A DNA stretch of 64,000 bases from an uncultured Verrucomicrobiae bacterium (GTDB lineage: Bacteria > Verrucomicrobiota > Verrucomicrobiia > Limisphaerales > Palsa-1400). The position numbers and the translations under genes were made by a program. The stretch lies in NCBI GenBank assembly GCA_963764165.1, contig CAVXRD010000002.1, positions 2,080,001 through 2,144,000 of the forward strand, read 5' to 3'. Under the pieces are notes generated by a model. That model saw nothing but the letters and a program-made list of their open reading frames with translations, made no database searches and was not told the origin of the DNA. Positions 39,848-51,300 of the stretch are shown here, piece after piece; within the stretch, counting starts at the first letter, position 1, and each line of letters begins with the position of its first letter.

Positions 39848-42800
39848 ATGATCTCGAAGATTAAATTAGGCCGCGCCAATATCACGGGGTTCCTGATCTT
39901 CGCACTTGGCTGGCTGGCTATGAGCCTCGCACACGCACAAATCACCAATTATGCGCTTGGAACCACCAATCTCGTCGTAGGGCCGGCCTCAGGAACCAAC
40001 AGCGTGCTGCTCGGAGTAACACCCGCGACAGCCACTTGGACTGCCAGCGCCACCGTGAGTTGGCTGCATCTAAGCCTCGAAAATCAGAGCGGAACTGGCA
40101 GTACTAATTTGGTTTTTACTTTTGATGCGAATCCTGGTGAAACACGCGGTGGCGCGCTGACTATCTCCGGCTTGACGCTCATCGTCACCCAAGCCGGCTC
40201 AACGTATGTTGCGGCTGGGGTGGTGACCGCGCTGCCGATCGGAGGCGTTGAATGTGTGGCTGTGGACAGGGCGGGCGATGTCTATGCTGGATCTTGTTAT
40301 GCGGGTGGACAAGCTTACGGGTGGCCGTATGGCGCGATTTACGAATGGCGGCCCACCGATAACGCTGTAAGCACATTGTTCAATGCGGAACTTTATGGTG
40401 TTTATGGTCTCGCTGTTGACGGCCCAGGCAATGTTTATTTCTCGTACGACAACTATTATTCTTCGGGCGGCGTCATCGATAAACTGACGGCGTCTAACAG
40501 CGCGATATCCGGTTTTGAATCTGGAATGAATATGCCAATCGGCGTGGCGCTGGACGCCACAGGGAACTTGTTCGTGGCCGACAGTGGCAATAACGCCATT
40601 AAGGAATGGGCCGCCGTGAACAACACGGCCATGACCCTGGTTTCTTCCGGATTAAAAACTCCGCAAGGCGTGGCCGTGGACGCCGCAGACAATGTCTATA
40701 TCGCCGATACCGGCAATAACGCCATCAAGGAATGGTTGGCGGCAGACAACACGATCATCACTTTGGTGTCGTCTAATCTTAACGGGCCCGAAAGCGTGGC
40801 AGTGGACGGGGCCGGGAACGTGTACATCGCCGATACCGGCAACTACGCGATCAAGAAATGGTCGGCAGCAAACAGTCAGGTGAGCACTTTGGCCTCGGGA
40901 CTGAGCTATCCGGGAGGAATTGCAGTTGACATACAAGGCAACATCTATATTGCCGACAATACGCTGCCCTATTATGAGCTCGAATGGGAATTCGGCACCC
41001 CAACTTCCAGCGGCGTCGTTAAAGAATTACCGCGTGCCTTTGTGGATCCTAACCTTAGGCTGGAGAGTCTGGCCGCGGGCAACGATTCTCTGCCCGCCGT
41101 GTTGCCTGCCACCGAGAATCTTCAGGGCCCGTTCGCCCCCATCAGTCACGAGGCATGGCTGACCATCACCGGCATCACCAACGGCATAGTGAGTTTTTCT
41201 TTTACTGCCAGCTCCTCCAACCGCACGGGCTTCATTACTTTGCTGGGGCAAACTATTCCAGTTGCGCAAGGTGCTGAGACATTCGTGTATTCTCTGGGCA
41301 CACACGCACTGCTGGAAGGACCAAGTGCTGGCAGCGATAGCGTCGCTCTGGCGGTAAGCCCCTATTTTGGGCCACTGAATGCCACCGCCAATGCCACTTG
41401 GTTGCATCTGAGCATGGCGAATGAAACCTGCGACGGCAGCACAAACGTGGCTTTCAGTTACGATGCCAATCCAGGCGCGACCCGTTCCGGCACCCTGACC
41501 ATTGCCGGACAAACGGTCACGGTGACCCAGGCAGGCTCAACTTACGTCGCGGCCGGCACGGTAACATTGGTGTCCTCCGGACTTGGCCAACCCAAGGGAA
41601 TGGCGGTGGACCCGGCGGGTAACCTTTATATTGCGGACAACGTCAGCAATGCGGTTTGCAAATGGTCTCCGGCTGACAACAGCCTGACTACGTTGATCTC
41701 TTCGGGTTTATCGGAGCCGGCTGGCTTGGCGCTGGATAGCTCGGAAAATCTTTACATCGCCGATTACGGTGACAACGCGATCAAGGAGTGGAACCAATCC
41801 AGCCAAAGCCTGACCCCCCTATTGACCTCGGGAATCTACGCGCCCCTTGGCGTCGGCCTGGACAGCGCGAACAATGTCTACACTTTCTATGAGATATATT
41901 ATGGAGCATATGCACTCAAAGAATGGATTCCCGGCACCGGCACCCTAAACACGCTGATACCCAGTGTGCTGTCGAATCCTTTCGACCTGGCATTCGATGT
42001 TGCAGGCAATGCCTATATCTCCAGCTCAGGCAACTACGCGATCTATAAGTGGACTGCCATTAACAGTAATTTGACGACGGTGTACTCATCCGCTTCAGCG
42101 AATTTTTCAGGCATAGTAGTGGACGGATCGGGAAATGTTTATGTCGGCGATGGGGCCAGCAATGTCGTCTGGAAGTGGTCGGCGGCGCAGAACGCGGCCT
42201 CCCCGTTAGTATCATCGGGCCTAAATATTCCTCTGGGCCTGGCAATGGATAGTGCAGAAAACCTTTACATAGCCGACAGCCTCAATGCAGCCATCAAAGA
42301 ACTGCCGCATGCCTTCGTGGACCCAACGGTCAGATTGGAGGGTGCCACCGCCGGTGCGGATGCTTTGCCAGTCGTGCTGCCAGCCACCCAGAATTTGCTC
42401 CCACCATTAGCTCCCGCCAGCGATCGGAGTTGGTTAACCATTAGCGGCATCACCAATGGCGTGGTTAGCTATTCCTTTTCCGCCACCACTTCCAATCGGA
42501 CAGCCCATATCCTTTTGCTCGGCCAGAGCATTCCTGTCACACAGACAACCAATACTTATGCTTTCGCAACAAATCTCATAAGGGAGAGTCCGATCGCAGG
42601 AAGCGATAGCGTTTTGTTGGAGGTAAACCCGGGCACCGTTGCCTGGACAGCTGCGGCTAATGTCGGTTGGTTGCATTTGAGTTCGGCGAGTCAAAGCGGT
42701 ATTGGCAGCACATATCTGGTTTTCAGTTTCGATGCCAATCCGGGCACGACGCGCACGGGTACCATTACCGTCGCCGGCCAGACTCTGACTGTCATTCAGT

Positions 42801-45800
42801 CTCCTTCCACCGCCGTCCTCGGCACAACCAACTTGCTGGAAGGACCCAGCGAGGGAAGCGATAGTGTTGTTCTTGCTGCAAGCCCGCCAACGGTCGTTTG
42901 GACGGCCACGGCGAATGCCGACTGGCTCCATCTGAGCGCCGCCAATCAAAGCGGCGTAGGCAGCACGAACCTGGTTTTTAGCTTCGATGCCAATCCTGTC
43001 GCGACGCGGACTGGCACTATCGGCATAGAAGGCCAAACACTCACTGTTACCCAAGCCGGGGCAACGTATGTTAAGGCTGGCACTGTGACAGAGTTAGTTT
43101 CTTCGGGGTTGGATGCGCCGTACGGGGTTGCGGTGGGCGGGACGGGTGCTGTCTATATCGCCGATACTTTCAACAGCGCCATCAAATTGTGGACGTCAGC
43201 CAGCAACTCCGTTACCACGCTAATCTCATCCGGACTAAACGAACCCTCTGGCGTGGCGGTGAGCGGTGCGGGCGACGTCTATTTTTCCGATACTTACAAT
43301 CAGGATGTCAAAGAATGGAGGGCGGGCAACAATACTGTGATTCTCTTGGTTTCCTCCGGCTTGGACTATCCTATTGGCACGGCGGTGGATCGCTCGGGCA
43401 ATGTTTTCTTCTCCGATTCCGGCCATGGCTCGGTCAAAGAGTGGTCAGCTATCAATAGCAATGTGACCACGTTAATTTCCTCGGGCTTGGATTATCCGGC
43501 AGGAGTGGCGGTGGACGCCGCGGGCAACATCTATATCGCTGACATTTATAACGGCGCGATCAAGGAATGGAACGCTGGCGGCGGCAACGTGGTTCCGCTG
43601 GTGGTTTCTGGCTTGTCGGATCCGTTCGGCGTGGCGGTGGACGGGTCGGGCAACGTCTATTTTGCTGACACCGGCAATCAGGCAATCAAGGAATGGTCGC
43701 CTGCCAACAATAGCGTAACCAATCTGATTTCCACGGGATTGTCTTTTCCTTATGGCGTGGCGGTGGATGGCGCGGGCAATGTTTATATCGCTGATACCGA
43801 TAATCAGGCGATCAAGGAACTGCCGCGCGCCTTTGTGGATCCGACGCCGAGATTAGAAACCCTTGCCGCTGGCAGCGACGTTTTGCCGCAAGTGCTGCCG
43901 GCCTGCGCAAATCTTCTCGCGCCCTTCGCCCCGACGAGCGACCAACCGTGGCTGACGATCACCGGCGTAACCAACGGCGTGGTTGGTTTTTCTTTTGCCC
44001 CTACCGATGCCAGCCGCACGGCTCATATCACCTTGCTGGGGCAAAGCATTCCCATCGTGCAGTCGACTGGCACCCCGCCAATTCTGGGCAGCGTCCAAGT
44101 CACCATCAGCCCCCTGGCAGCGATCGCCGCCGGAGCACAGTGGCAAGTGGATGGCGGAGCATCGCAAGCCAGCGGAGCTACAGTGTCCAATTTGTCCGTC
44201 GGAAGCCATACCATAAGCTTCAGCGGCATCAGCGGCTGGACGACGCCCGCCAGTGAAACGGTTTCCATTAGCTCGAAATCAACAGTCACCGCCAGCGGCA
44301 TCTATGTTCAGCAATTCGGCTCGTTGCAAGTTACTATCAGCCCTCCGGCAGCGATCACCGCCGGGGCGCAGTGGCAGGTGGATGGGGGAGCATTGCAAAA
44401 TAGCGGAACAACAATGACCAATTTGCCCCTGGGGAACCACACCGTAGGTTTCAGCGCCATCAGCGGCTGGACGTCGCCCGCCAGTGAAACGGTTTCCCTC
44501 AGCGCGAATTCAACCGTCACCGCCAATGGCATCTATGTTCAGCAATTCGGCTCATTGCAAGTTACTATCAGCCCTCCGGCAGCGATCACCGCCGGGGCGC
44601 AGTGGCAGGTGGATGGGGGAGCGTTTCAGAATAGCGGAGCAACAATGACCAATTTGTCCCTGGGGAACCACACCGTAGGTTTCAGCGCCACCAGCGGCTG
44701 GACGACGCCCGCCAATGAAACGGTTTCCCTCAGCGCGAATTCAACCGTCACCGCCAATGGCATCTACGTTCAGCAATTCGGCTCGTTGCAAGTCACTATC
44801 GGCCCTCCGGCAGCAATCTCCGCTGGGGCGCAATGGCAGGTGGATGGGGGAGCAGCGCAAAACAGCGGAGCGACAGTGTCCAACTTATCCGCGGGAAACC
44901 ATGCCATAAGCTTCAGCGCCATCAGCGGCTGGACAACGCCCGCCGATCAAATGGTTTCGATAAGATCTAATTTGCAAACCACAGCCACCGGAACCTATGT
45001 GCAGGAGGTCGGGACGTTGAGCGTGAGCATCGACCCGGCGGCGGCTATTAGTGCCGGCGCACGATGGCAAGTGGATGCGGGAACGCCCCAGAGCAGTGGC
45101 GCCACAGTGTCCAATTTAGCTGTGGGAAGCCACATTGTATCGTTTACGTCGGTGGGCGCATGGGACACTCCGTCCAATCAAATTGTCGCAATCGTTGATG
45201 GGCAGACCCACACTGCGAGCGGCGTTTACACACCTGCTTATGGATCATCCAATGGAGTGACTCTGCTGACGAACGGCTATGGAACCATTGAACTTCCGAA
45301 GAAACTGGTAATCGGCAAAAAATACACGGCAACGGCCGTTCCCAAGCCCAAAAATGTTTTCAGCAGCTGGACGGGAGGGACGTTTCCGCCCTACATCCAA
45401 CTGAGCACATCAGCCAGCTACACGTTTACGAACGAGGCGAACCTGGTCTTGGAAGCCAGCTTCATGACCAATGTTTACCTGGAAGCTCAGGGCTCGTATC
45501 GAGGCCTTTTCGCCCCGGCGAACTCCCCGCGGCAGCAGACCAATTCCGGATCGTTCTTGTTCAGCATGGCAAGCAGCGGCGCGCTCTCCGGCAAACTTAA
45601 TCTAGCTGGCCAAACTGTATCACTCTCTGGAAAGCTCGGACGGGACGGCGCGATAAACATCGTTTCCAAACGCGCTCACGGTGAGCCTTCGTTGACCACG
45701 GCCCTGCAATGGGATTTCTCTGGCCAGACCGTCAGTGGCACCATCAGTGACGGCGGCTTCACCGCCCAATTAAACGGCAACCGGGCCACCTTCAGCAGCG

Positions 45801-46609
45801 CAAATAAAGCGACCATGATTAAAGGCCAATACACAGTTATCATTCCTGGCGCCAACAATCCCACTGTCGGCCCCGGCGGCGTTAGTTATGGAACAGTCAA
45901 AGTAGACGATTTGGGCAACATTACGCTATTGGGCAGCCTGGCGGATGGAACGGCGCTCAGCCAATCGAGCGGGGTGACGCAGGACGGCTTTTGGCCATTG
46001 TACGTGAACCTCTATGGTGGCAAAGGATCATTGTGGGGCTGGGGTTGCTTCACCAATGGCGCCGTGGTCAGCGCTTATCCCTTCAGTTGGATCAACGCGA
46101 CCAATTCCTCCAAAACGGCGGCGAATCGATCGGGATTTACCAATCCAGCGGCGATGCTCGAAGGTGGAATCTACGCTTCGACCAACCCGTGGCCGGGCAA
46201 TCTGACAGCGATTTTGGACGGAGGCGGATTGATGGTCGGAATTACCAACGGAATCACGAATTCAACCGCAGACAGGATCAGCCTTACGAACAAATTTAGC
46301 GAAACCAACAAATTGAAGTTGACGATCACCAAGGCCACTCGGCCTGTTGCCTTGTTGCCACCGCACAATTCGCCATATTCGCACAACAACATCACTCCAT
46401 TTCACGCAGATGCGGAATTACCCCGTGAACCCAAAAACCCTCGGAGAACATCTTCGCAAAAAGCGAATAGACCTGCATCTTTCCATGTCGCAACTGGCTT
46501 CCATGCTTGGAGTTGGAATTACCGTAACTGCAATCGAGAAATGGGAGAAGAACCTGAACCGACCGACGAACGAACACAAAAACCAAATCATCCAATTCAT
46601 CGGATTTGA
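39848..46609 (+). CDS. Giant secreted protein (BACON-like domains, three NHL beta-propellers, 77-aa repeats); native C-terminus probably replaced after ~46338
   Basis: WTA.A...WLHLS...NPG.TR.G (BACON-like), P.GVAVD..GNVYIAD..N.AIKEW (NHL), GSLQVTISP.AA..AGAQWQVDGG repeats at 231-nt period; composition shifts abruptly after LTITKAT. Confidence 0.8.
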   Translation: MISKIKLGRANITGFLIFALGWLAMSLAHAQITNYALGTTNLVVGPASGTNSVLLGVTPATATWTASATVSWLHLSLENQSGTGSTNLVFTFDANPGETRGGALTISGLTLIVTQAGSTYVAAGVVTALPIGGVECVAVDRAGDVYAGSCYAGGQAYGWPYGAIYEWRPTDNAVSTLFNAELYGVYGLAVDGPGNVYFSYDNYYSSGGVIDKLTASNSAISGFESGMNMPIGVALDATGNLFVADSGNNAIKEWAAVNNTAMTLVSSGLKTPQGVAVDAADNVYIADTGNNAIKEWLAADNTIITLVSSNLNGPESVAVDGAGNVYIADTGNYAIKKWSAANSQVSTLASGLSYPGGIAVDIQGNIYIADNTLPYYELEWEFGTPTSSGVVKELPRAFVDPNLRLESLAAGNDSLPAVLPATENLQGPFAPISHEAWLTITGITNGIVSFSFTASSSNRTGFITLLGQTIPVAQGAETFVYSLGTHALLEGPSAGSDSVALAVSPYFGPLNATANATWLHLSMANETCDGSTNVAFSYDANPGATRSGTLTIAGQTVTVTQAGSTYVAAGTVTLVSSGLGQPKGMAVDPAGNLYIADNVSNAVCKWSPADNSLTTLISSGLSEPAGLALDSSENLYIADYGDNAIKEWNQSSQSLTPLLTSGIYAPLGVGLDSANNVYTFYEIYYGAYALKEWIPGTGTLNTLIPSVLSNPFDLAFDVAGNAYISSSGNYAIYKWTAINSNLTTVYSSASANFSGIVVDGSGNVYVGDGASNVVWKWSAAQNAASPLVSSGLNIPLGLAMDSAENLYIADSLNAAIKELPHAFVDPTVRLEGATAGADALPVVLPATQNLLPPLAPASDRSWLTISGITNGVVSYSFSATTSNRTAHILLLGQSIPVTQTTNTYAFATNLIRESPIAGSDSVLLEVNPGTVAWTAAANVGWLHLSSASQSGIGSTYLVFSFDANPGTTRTGTITVAGQTLTVIQSPSTAVLGTTNLLEGPSEGSDSVVLAASPPTVVWTATANADWLHLSAANQSGVGSTNLVFSFDANPVATRTGTIGIEGQTLTVTQAGATYVKAGTVTELVSSGLDAPYGVAVGGTGAVYIADTFNSAIKLWTSASNSVTTLISSGLNEPSGVAVSGAGDVYFSDTYNQDVKEWRAGNNTVILLVSSGLDYPIGTAVDRSGNVFFSDSGHGSVKEWSAINSNVTTLISSGLDYPAGVAVDAAGNIYIADIYNGAIKEWNAGGGNVVPLVVSGLSDPFGVAVDGSGNVYFADTGNQAIKEWSPANNSVTNLISTGLSFPYGVAVDGAGNVYIADTDNQAIKELPRAFVDPTPRLETLAAGSDVLPQVLPACANLLAPFAPTSDQPWLTITGVTNGVVGFSFAPTDASRTAHITLLGQSIPIVQSTGTPPILGSVQVTISPLAAIAAGAQWQVDGGASQASGATVSNLSVGSHTISFSGISGWTTPASETVSISSKSTVTASGIYVQQFGSLQVTISPPAAITAGAQWQVDGGALQNSGTTMTNLPLGNHTVGFSAISGWTSPASETVSLSANSTVTANGIYVQQFGSLQVTISPPAAITAGAQWQVDGGAFQNSGATMTNLSLGNHTVGFSATSGWTTPANETVSLSANSTVTANGIYVQQFGSLQVTIGPPAAISAGAQWQVDGGAAQNSGATVSNLSAGNHAISFSAISGWTTPADQMVSIRSNLQTTATGTYVQEVGTLSVSIDPAAAISAGARWQVDAGTPQSSGATVSNLAVGSHIVSFTSVGAWDTPSNQIVAIVDGQTHTASGVYTPAYGSSNGVTLLTNGYGTIELPKKLVIGKKYTATAVPKPKNVFSSWTGGTFPPYIQLSTSASYTFTNEANLVLEASFMTNVYLEAQGSYRGLFAPANSPRQQTNSGSFLFSMASSGALSGKLNLAGQTVSLSGKLGRDGAINIVSKRAHGEPSLTTALQWDFSGQTVSGTISDGGFTAQLNGNRATFSSANKATMIKGQYTVIIPGANNPTVGPGGVSYGTVKVDDLGNITLLGSLADGTALSQSSGVTQDGFWPLYVNLYGGKGSLWGWGCFTNGAVVSAYPFSWINATNSSKTAANRSGFTNPAAMLEGGIYASTNPWPGNLTAILDGGGLMVGITNGITNSTADRISLTNKFSETNKLKLTITKATRPVALLPPHNSPYSHNNITPFHADAELPREPKNPRRTSSQKANRPASFHVATGFHAWSWNYRNCNREMGEEPEPTDERTQKPNHPIHRI

Positions 46610-46646
46610 CCCGGCGACCGCAAAATCGACAGGCGCATCACGTTGA
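46347..46646 (+). pseudogene. XRE-family HTH fragment from a mobile element
   Basis: YP.NPKTLGEHLRKKRIDL.LS..QLA..LGV......KWEKN..RP, in a different frame from the giant ORF. Confidence 0.65.
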
Positions 46647-46694
46647 TTTACCCGTTGGGATTTTGCCAAAGCTGTCTCCTTTGATGACCCTGAG

Positions 46695-46723
46695 TACGAG
46701 CGTTCGATTCCCTTCACCCTCCA
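46695..46723 (+). other. Degenerate tRNA-Gly 3' fragment (att-site relic)
   Basis: TACGAGCGTTCGATTCCCTTCACCCTCCA vs a typical tRNA-Gly 3' end TACGAGGGTTCGATTCCCTTCACCCGCTCCA; no 5' half present. Confidence 0.65.
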
Positions 46724-47138
46724 TTCTCACCTCTATTGCTGATAATTAAGCACTTGCAACAATTCAACCGCTTGCGAGGCTCACGAAAGTGAGAACAAAA
46801 GTGAGAATGTTGCGTTCGATATTATGGGGATAATCAGTTGGAATTCTCTGCTTTTAAATAGCTTCCCTCATCTCAAAATGTTTTCAAAATGAGAATGAAG
46901 GGAGATGTATTCTGCTCGATAACAGCGAGAAAGAAACCAATAGTGGAAGCATTCGTTTTCTGTCGCCGACACACAATCAGGATTGCAACGGCTATGGAAA
47001 TCTTATCCAAACCAGGCAATCCGTCCTGAAACCGCCTGACCAGATCTCGCCCCTTTACCGGGACTTTTGAGAGTATTTCGTGGCGCAGTCGCAAACAACG
47101 GACTATTTTCCACGAAATTCACACGCCGAACGAAAAAT

Positions 47139-48350
47139 ATGAATAACGTCACGCACAATTCCGAACCATCTGCCGGATGCGAATTGAAGGTTCTCCTGGT
47201 GGATGACGATCATGGCATGCTGACGACATGCGAGCGCAGCCTGCGGTCCCAGTTTTGCGTCGAAACTGCCGAGAGCGGCCTGGCTGCGCTGACCAAAATG
47301 GCCGAATCCGGCCCTTATGCGGTAGTGCTGGCCGACCGGGACATGCCAGGAATGGATGGAGTGGAGTTGCTGCGAAAAGTGCGAGACCGCTGGCCAGAGA
47401 CTGTGCGCATGATGCTGACAGGAAACGCCGACCTTGACTTGGTCATCCGCTTGGTGAACGAAAACAACATCTTCCGTTTTCTCACCAAACCATGTCCGAC
47501 CCAGTTCATTGTCAAGGCGCTGAACGACTCGCTGAAGCTCTATCAACTTGCTGTGGCAGAGAAGGAACTTCTTAACAAAACGCTCAGCGGCAGCATCAAG
47601 CTCTTGACAGACATATTGTCCATGGTGGAATCGCCGTTTTTCAGCCAGCCGCAGTACTTGCGGGATGCCATAACGGGCTCCATCCAAAGGATCGGGTTGG
47701 AGAATGCCTGGGAAGTGAACCTGGCCGTAATGCTGGCCTCGATAGGAAACATCACCATTCCGGCAGAAACGCTGGTGCGGGCGCGGACGGGACAGCCCCT
47801 TTCAAATGCAGAGCAGGGAATGCTGTCGAATCTCCCCGAAACATCAAGCCGACTGCTGGCAAACATTCCAAGGCTGGAGGGTGTGGCAAGGATTGTGCGC
47901 TTTCAAAACAAATGTTTCGACGGGACGGGGGTTCCATCGGAAGGGGGCGCGGGCAACGACATCCCGGCAGGGGCCCGGCTGCTGAAAATCATCCTCGACT
48001 TTATGGATTTACATCGGGCCACGTCGCAAGACGATTCAGCCTTCGGCATCCTGCGCGGACGGCAAGGGGTCTATGATCCTGCGCTCCTGGCGGCGTTCCA
48101 AGAGGCTTTTGAGCACAAGTCGAGAGGTTCTGCACCACCGGTTCTTGTAACACTTTCGGTGTCCGTCAAAGAGTTGGAGGTGGGTATGCGACTCCGCTCC
48201 AATGTCGAAACGAAGAACGGGATGCTTGTTTTGGCATCAGACCATCAGATCACCCCAATGATATTGGAAAAGATCCGCAATTTCGAAAGTGTCGTTGGCC
48301 TCAAGGGGCCAATCCTGGTTGAACGTCTTAAAACGCCGAACGACGGCTAA
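47139..48350 (+). CDS. Response regulator with degenerate HD-GYP-like output domain
   Basis: VLLVDDD...LADRDMPGMDG...FLTKP. LASIG stands where HDIGK is expected and FDGTGVP where DGSGYP is expected. Confidence 0.85.
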   Translation: MNNVTHNSEPSAGCELKVLLVDDDHGMLTTCERSLRSQFCVETAESGLAALTKMAESGPYAVVLADRDMPGMDGVELLRKVRDRWPETVRMMLTGNADLDLVIRLVNENNIFRFLTKPCPTQFIVKALNDSLKLYQLAVAEKELLNKTLSGSIKLLTDILSMVESPFFSQPQYLRDAITGSIQRIGLENAWEVNLAVMLASIGNITIPAETLVRARTGQPLSNAEQGMLSNLPETSSRLLANIPRLEGVARIVRFQNKCFDGTGVPSEGGAGNDIPAGARLLKIILDFMDLHRATSQDDSAFGILRGRQGVYDPALLAAFQEAFEHKSRGSAPPVLVTLSVSVKELEVGMRLRSNVETKNGMLVLASDHQITPMILEKIRNFESVVGLKGPILVERLKTPNDG

Positions 48351-48382
48351 GGGGGACCGCTCAAAGGTGCAAAGCGAGAGTC

Positions 48383-51300
48383 CTAACTTTCATCCAGGAG
48401 GTCGCGGAGCGCTTTTAGCATAGTTTCTGCTGTGTAGGGCTTGGGTATGAAATGGCGGAGGCCGGCGCTAACTGCCTTCGCATTTCCTCCCTTGGTAGAA
48501 AGCCCGCTGGAACCGATGACGCGAACGGCGGGGTTGATTGCTTTTAGCGCCACAATAAGGGCTGGGCCATCCATCACCGGCATAGCCATATCCGTTAAAA
48601 CGAGGGCAATTTTGCCTCGAAGCTGGGCGTATAAGGCAATCGCTTCCGCGCCGTTGGCTGCGACAATGACCGAGTATCCGAACGCTTCAAGCGTGGATTT
48701 CGCGACCTCCCGAATGCTCTCCTCGTCGTCGACCACCAGAATTAACTCGCCTTTGCCCCGGGGCAAACAAGCGTCCTGGTCAAATTTTTCGTCGCGCGCC
48801 GCCCCGGAAGGATCGGCAGGAAGGTACACCTCGAACTTGGTGCCGTCTCCGAGTTTGCTGTCAAGACTGATAAAGCCGCCGTGGCTCTTTACGATGGCCA
48901 TGGTGGTGGAGAGACCAAGTCCGGTTCCCTTGCCCACTTCTTTCGTCGTAAAGAAAGGCTCAAAAATGCGCTCTTTAATCTCAAATGGTATGCCAAGTCC
49001 GGTGTCCTTCACTATTATGACCACGTAGGGTCCCGGAGAAGAGCCGGGTTGCAGTCCCGCAAAAGTGTTGTCAACCACAGTGTTTTCCGCGCCCAGCGTG
49101 AGCTTTCCTCCGTTGGGCATGGCATCCCGGGCATTGACTGCCAAGTTCAAAATCACTTGATGAATTTGGGTCGGATCTCCCTTGACGCTCCATATTGAGG
49201 CCGGCCGAATGTAATTAATGCTAATATCCTTGGGGAAGGTTTCTTGCATAACCTTCGCAAGGTCACCCATCAAATGCGAGACGTTCACTCTGATCCGCGC
49301 TCCCTGAATTCCACGCGCAAATGAAAGCACTTGTTTGACTAAATCGGCCCCGCGCTGTGCGCTGTTCATCAGCGTCTCGAGCAGTTTCTGATCTTCCCTC
49401 GTTGTGGCGACGCTCTTCAGAATTTCGATCGACATCAGTATCGGAGCCAGCACATTGTTGAGGTCGTGGGCGATGCCGCCGGCCAGGGTTCCGATGCTCT
49501 CCATCCGCTGGGAGCGGAGGAACTGGGCCTCCAATTTCTTCTTCTCGGTGATGTCCGAGTTGATTCCAAGAATGGACTTGGGTCGGCCGTCGGGATCACA
49601 AACGAGGGTCCAACTCACTTGCACGTCGATTTCCTTGCCGTCCTTCCGCAATTTTTGCAACTCGCCCTCCCAGTTCCCTTTCTTTATCACCTCCGCTCGG
49701 GCTCTTTCGTATTGGGCCGTATCGAGATAAATAAAGCTAGTTGAGTCGCGCCCGATCACTTCGTCGGCTGACCAGCCGTAAAGCCGCTCCGCGCCCTTGT
49801 TCCAATACGAAATTTTCCCGTCGAGATCGCGGACAATAATTGCTTCATGAGCCGCATCCAGCAGGGCTGCCTGCTCGCGCATCTGGCGGTCAGCCTTTTG
49901 ACGTTCCAATTCAGAGGACGCCCTTGCGGCAAAAATTTGCAAAGTGGACAGAGTAAATTGCTCTCCCACCGCCGGTTTTTGAAAAAAGACGCCGATCAAG
50001 CCAATGACGGCGCCTTGCGCGTCGAAAAGCGGTGTTCCCGCGTAGGCCTGAAGGTCGCGCGCAGCCAGCATTGGGTCATTTGGAAATTGCGCCTGCAGAT
50101 TTTGTGGAATCAAACACGCCCGTCCGCGCGCCACTTGTTCACTCGGCGTGCCAGCCAGCGTGTAATCGAAGTTGTCGATTCCTCCACTTTGCATCATCAC
50201 TGACACAGTCCGCGCGACGGCGCCTTGCGGGGATTCCAAGGTGGCAATCAATGCGGCGTCCGCGTCGAGAGCTTGAATGATGTGTCGATTCAGACTGGTG
50301 AAGAATGCGCGGCCCATCGAAGCGGATACACCTCGCGCAATCGCCAGCACAGCCTCTTGTAGCTTTTGCTTTTCGGCCCCAGAGCGCAATGTCTGAATGC
50401 CGAATGCGAGGTCTTCGGCCAGTTCTCGCAATAATTGCAATTCTTCGGGCGGGGGCTGAATAATTTCGCTGGAATAGAGCGCGAGCAGGCCGGTGGTTTG
50501 TTCATTCACCTTCAACGGCAGACAAATAAGGCCGCGATAACCTCTCTTTTTGGCTGCTTCAACCCAGAAGAATCCGGGATCGGCCTCCACATCTTCGCAT
50601 CTGACAATTTGATTTCCGCGAATCGTTCGACCGGCAGGCCCTTGGCCGGACGGATGGTCGGTTCGCCACGAAAGGTTTATTTCCGACAGGTAGCCATCTT
50701 CAACTCCAGCCCACGCAACGGGCCGGATCGATCGCATTTCATCGTGTTCGGCGTAGCCGACCCATGCCATGCGATAGCCGCCCTCCTCGACCGCAATTTG
50801 GCAAATCCGCTTAAGCAAGGAATCCTCTGCCTCGGCATGAATGAGCGCCTCATTGCAGGCACTGAGCATTTTCAGGGACCTGTTTGTCCGCCGGATTTGA
50901 ATCTCCGCGCTCTTTAGGTCGTCGATATCGGTGCATGTGCCGAACCATTTCAACACCTTGCCGTCGGCATCCCTTTGGGCTTCGCCTCGGATGAGCCACC
51001 ACCTGTAAACGCCATCCGCGCGGCGGAGGCGGCATTCGAGACCGTACTTGCCAATGGTGGCTGTGGCGTGCTGCCACGCATCCCACGCCCTTTGGCGGTC
51101 TTCTGGATGGAACGGTTTGATCCATCCATGGCCCAAGCTCTCTTCCAAGGTTAAACCGGTGTAATCTATCCATTGCTGGTTAAAATAGATATTGGAGCCG
51201 TCCGGCCGGGTGGCCCAAACGATTTGCGGCATAACCGCCGCCAAGGAGCGGAATTCCGCATCGCTCGCACGCTGTGCCGCTTCCGCTCGTTTCCGCTCGG

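Noticed and set aside
46650..46723. Functional tRNA gene
   Set aside because: Only a damaged T-arm and acceptor 3' strand are present; there is no D-arm, anticodon arm or matching 5' strand.
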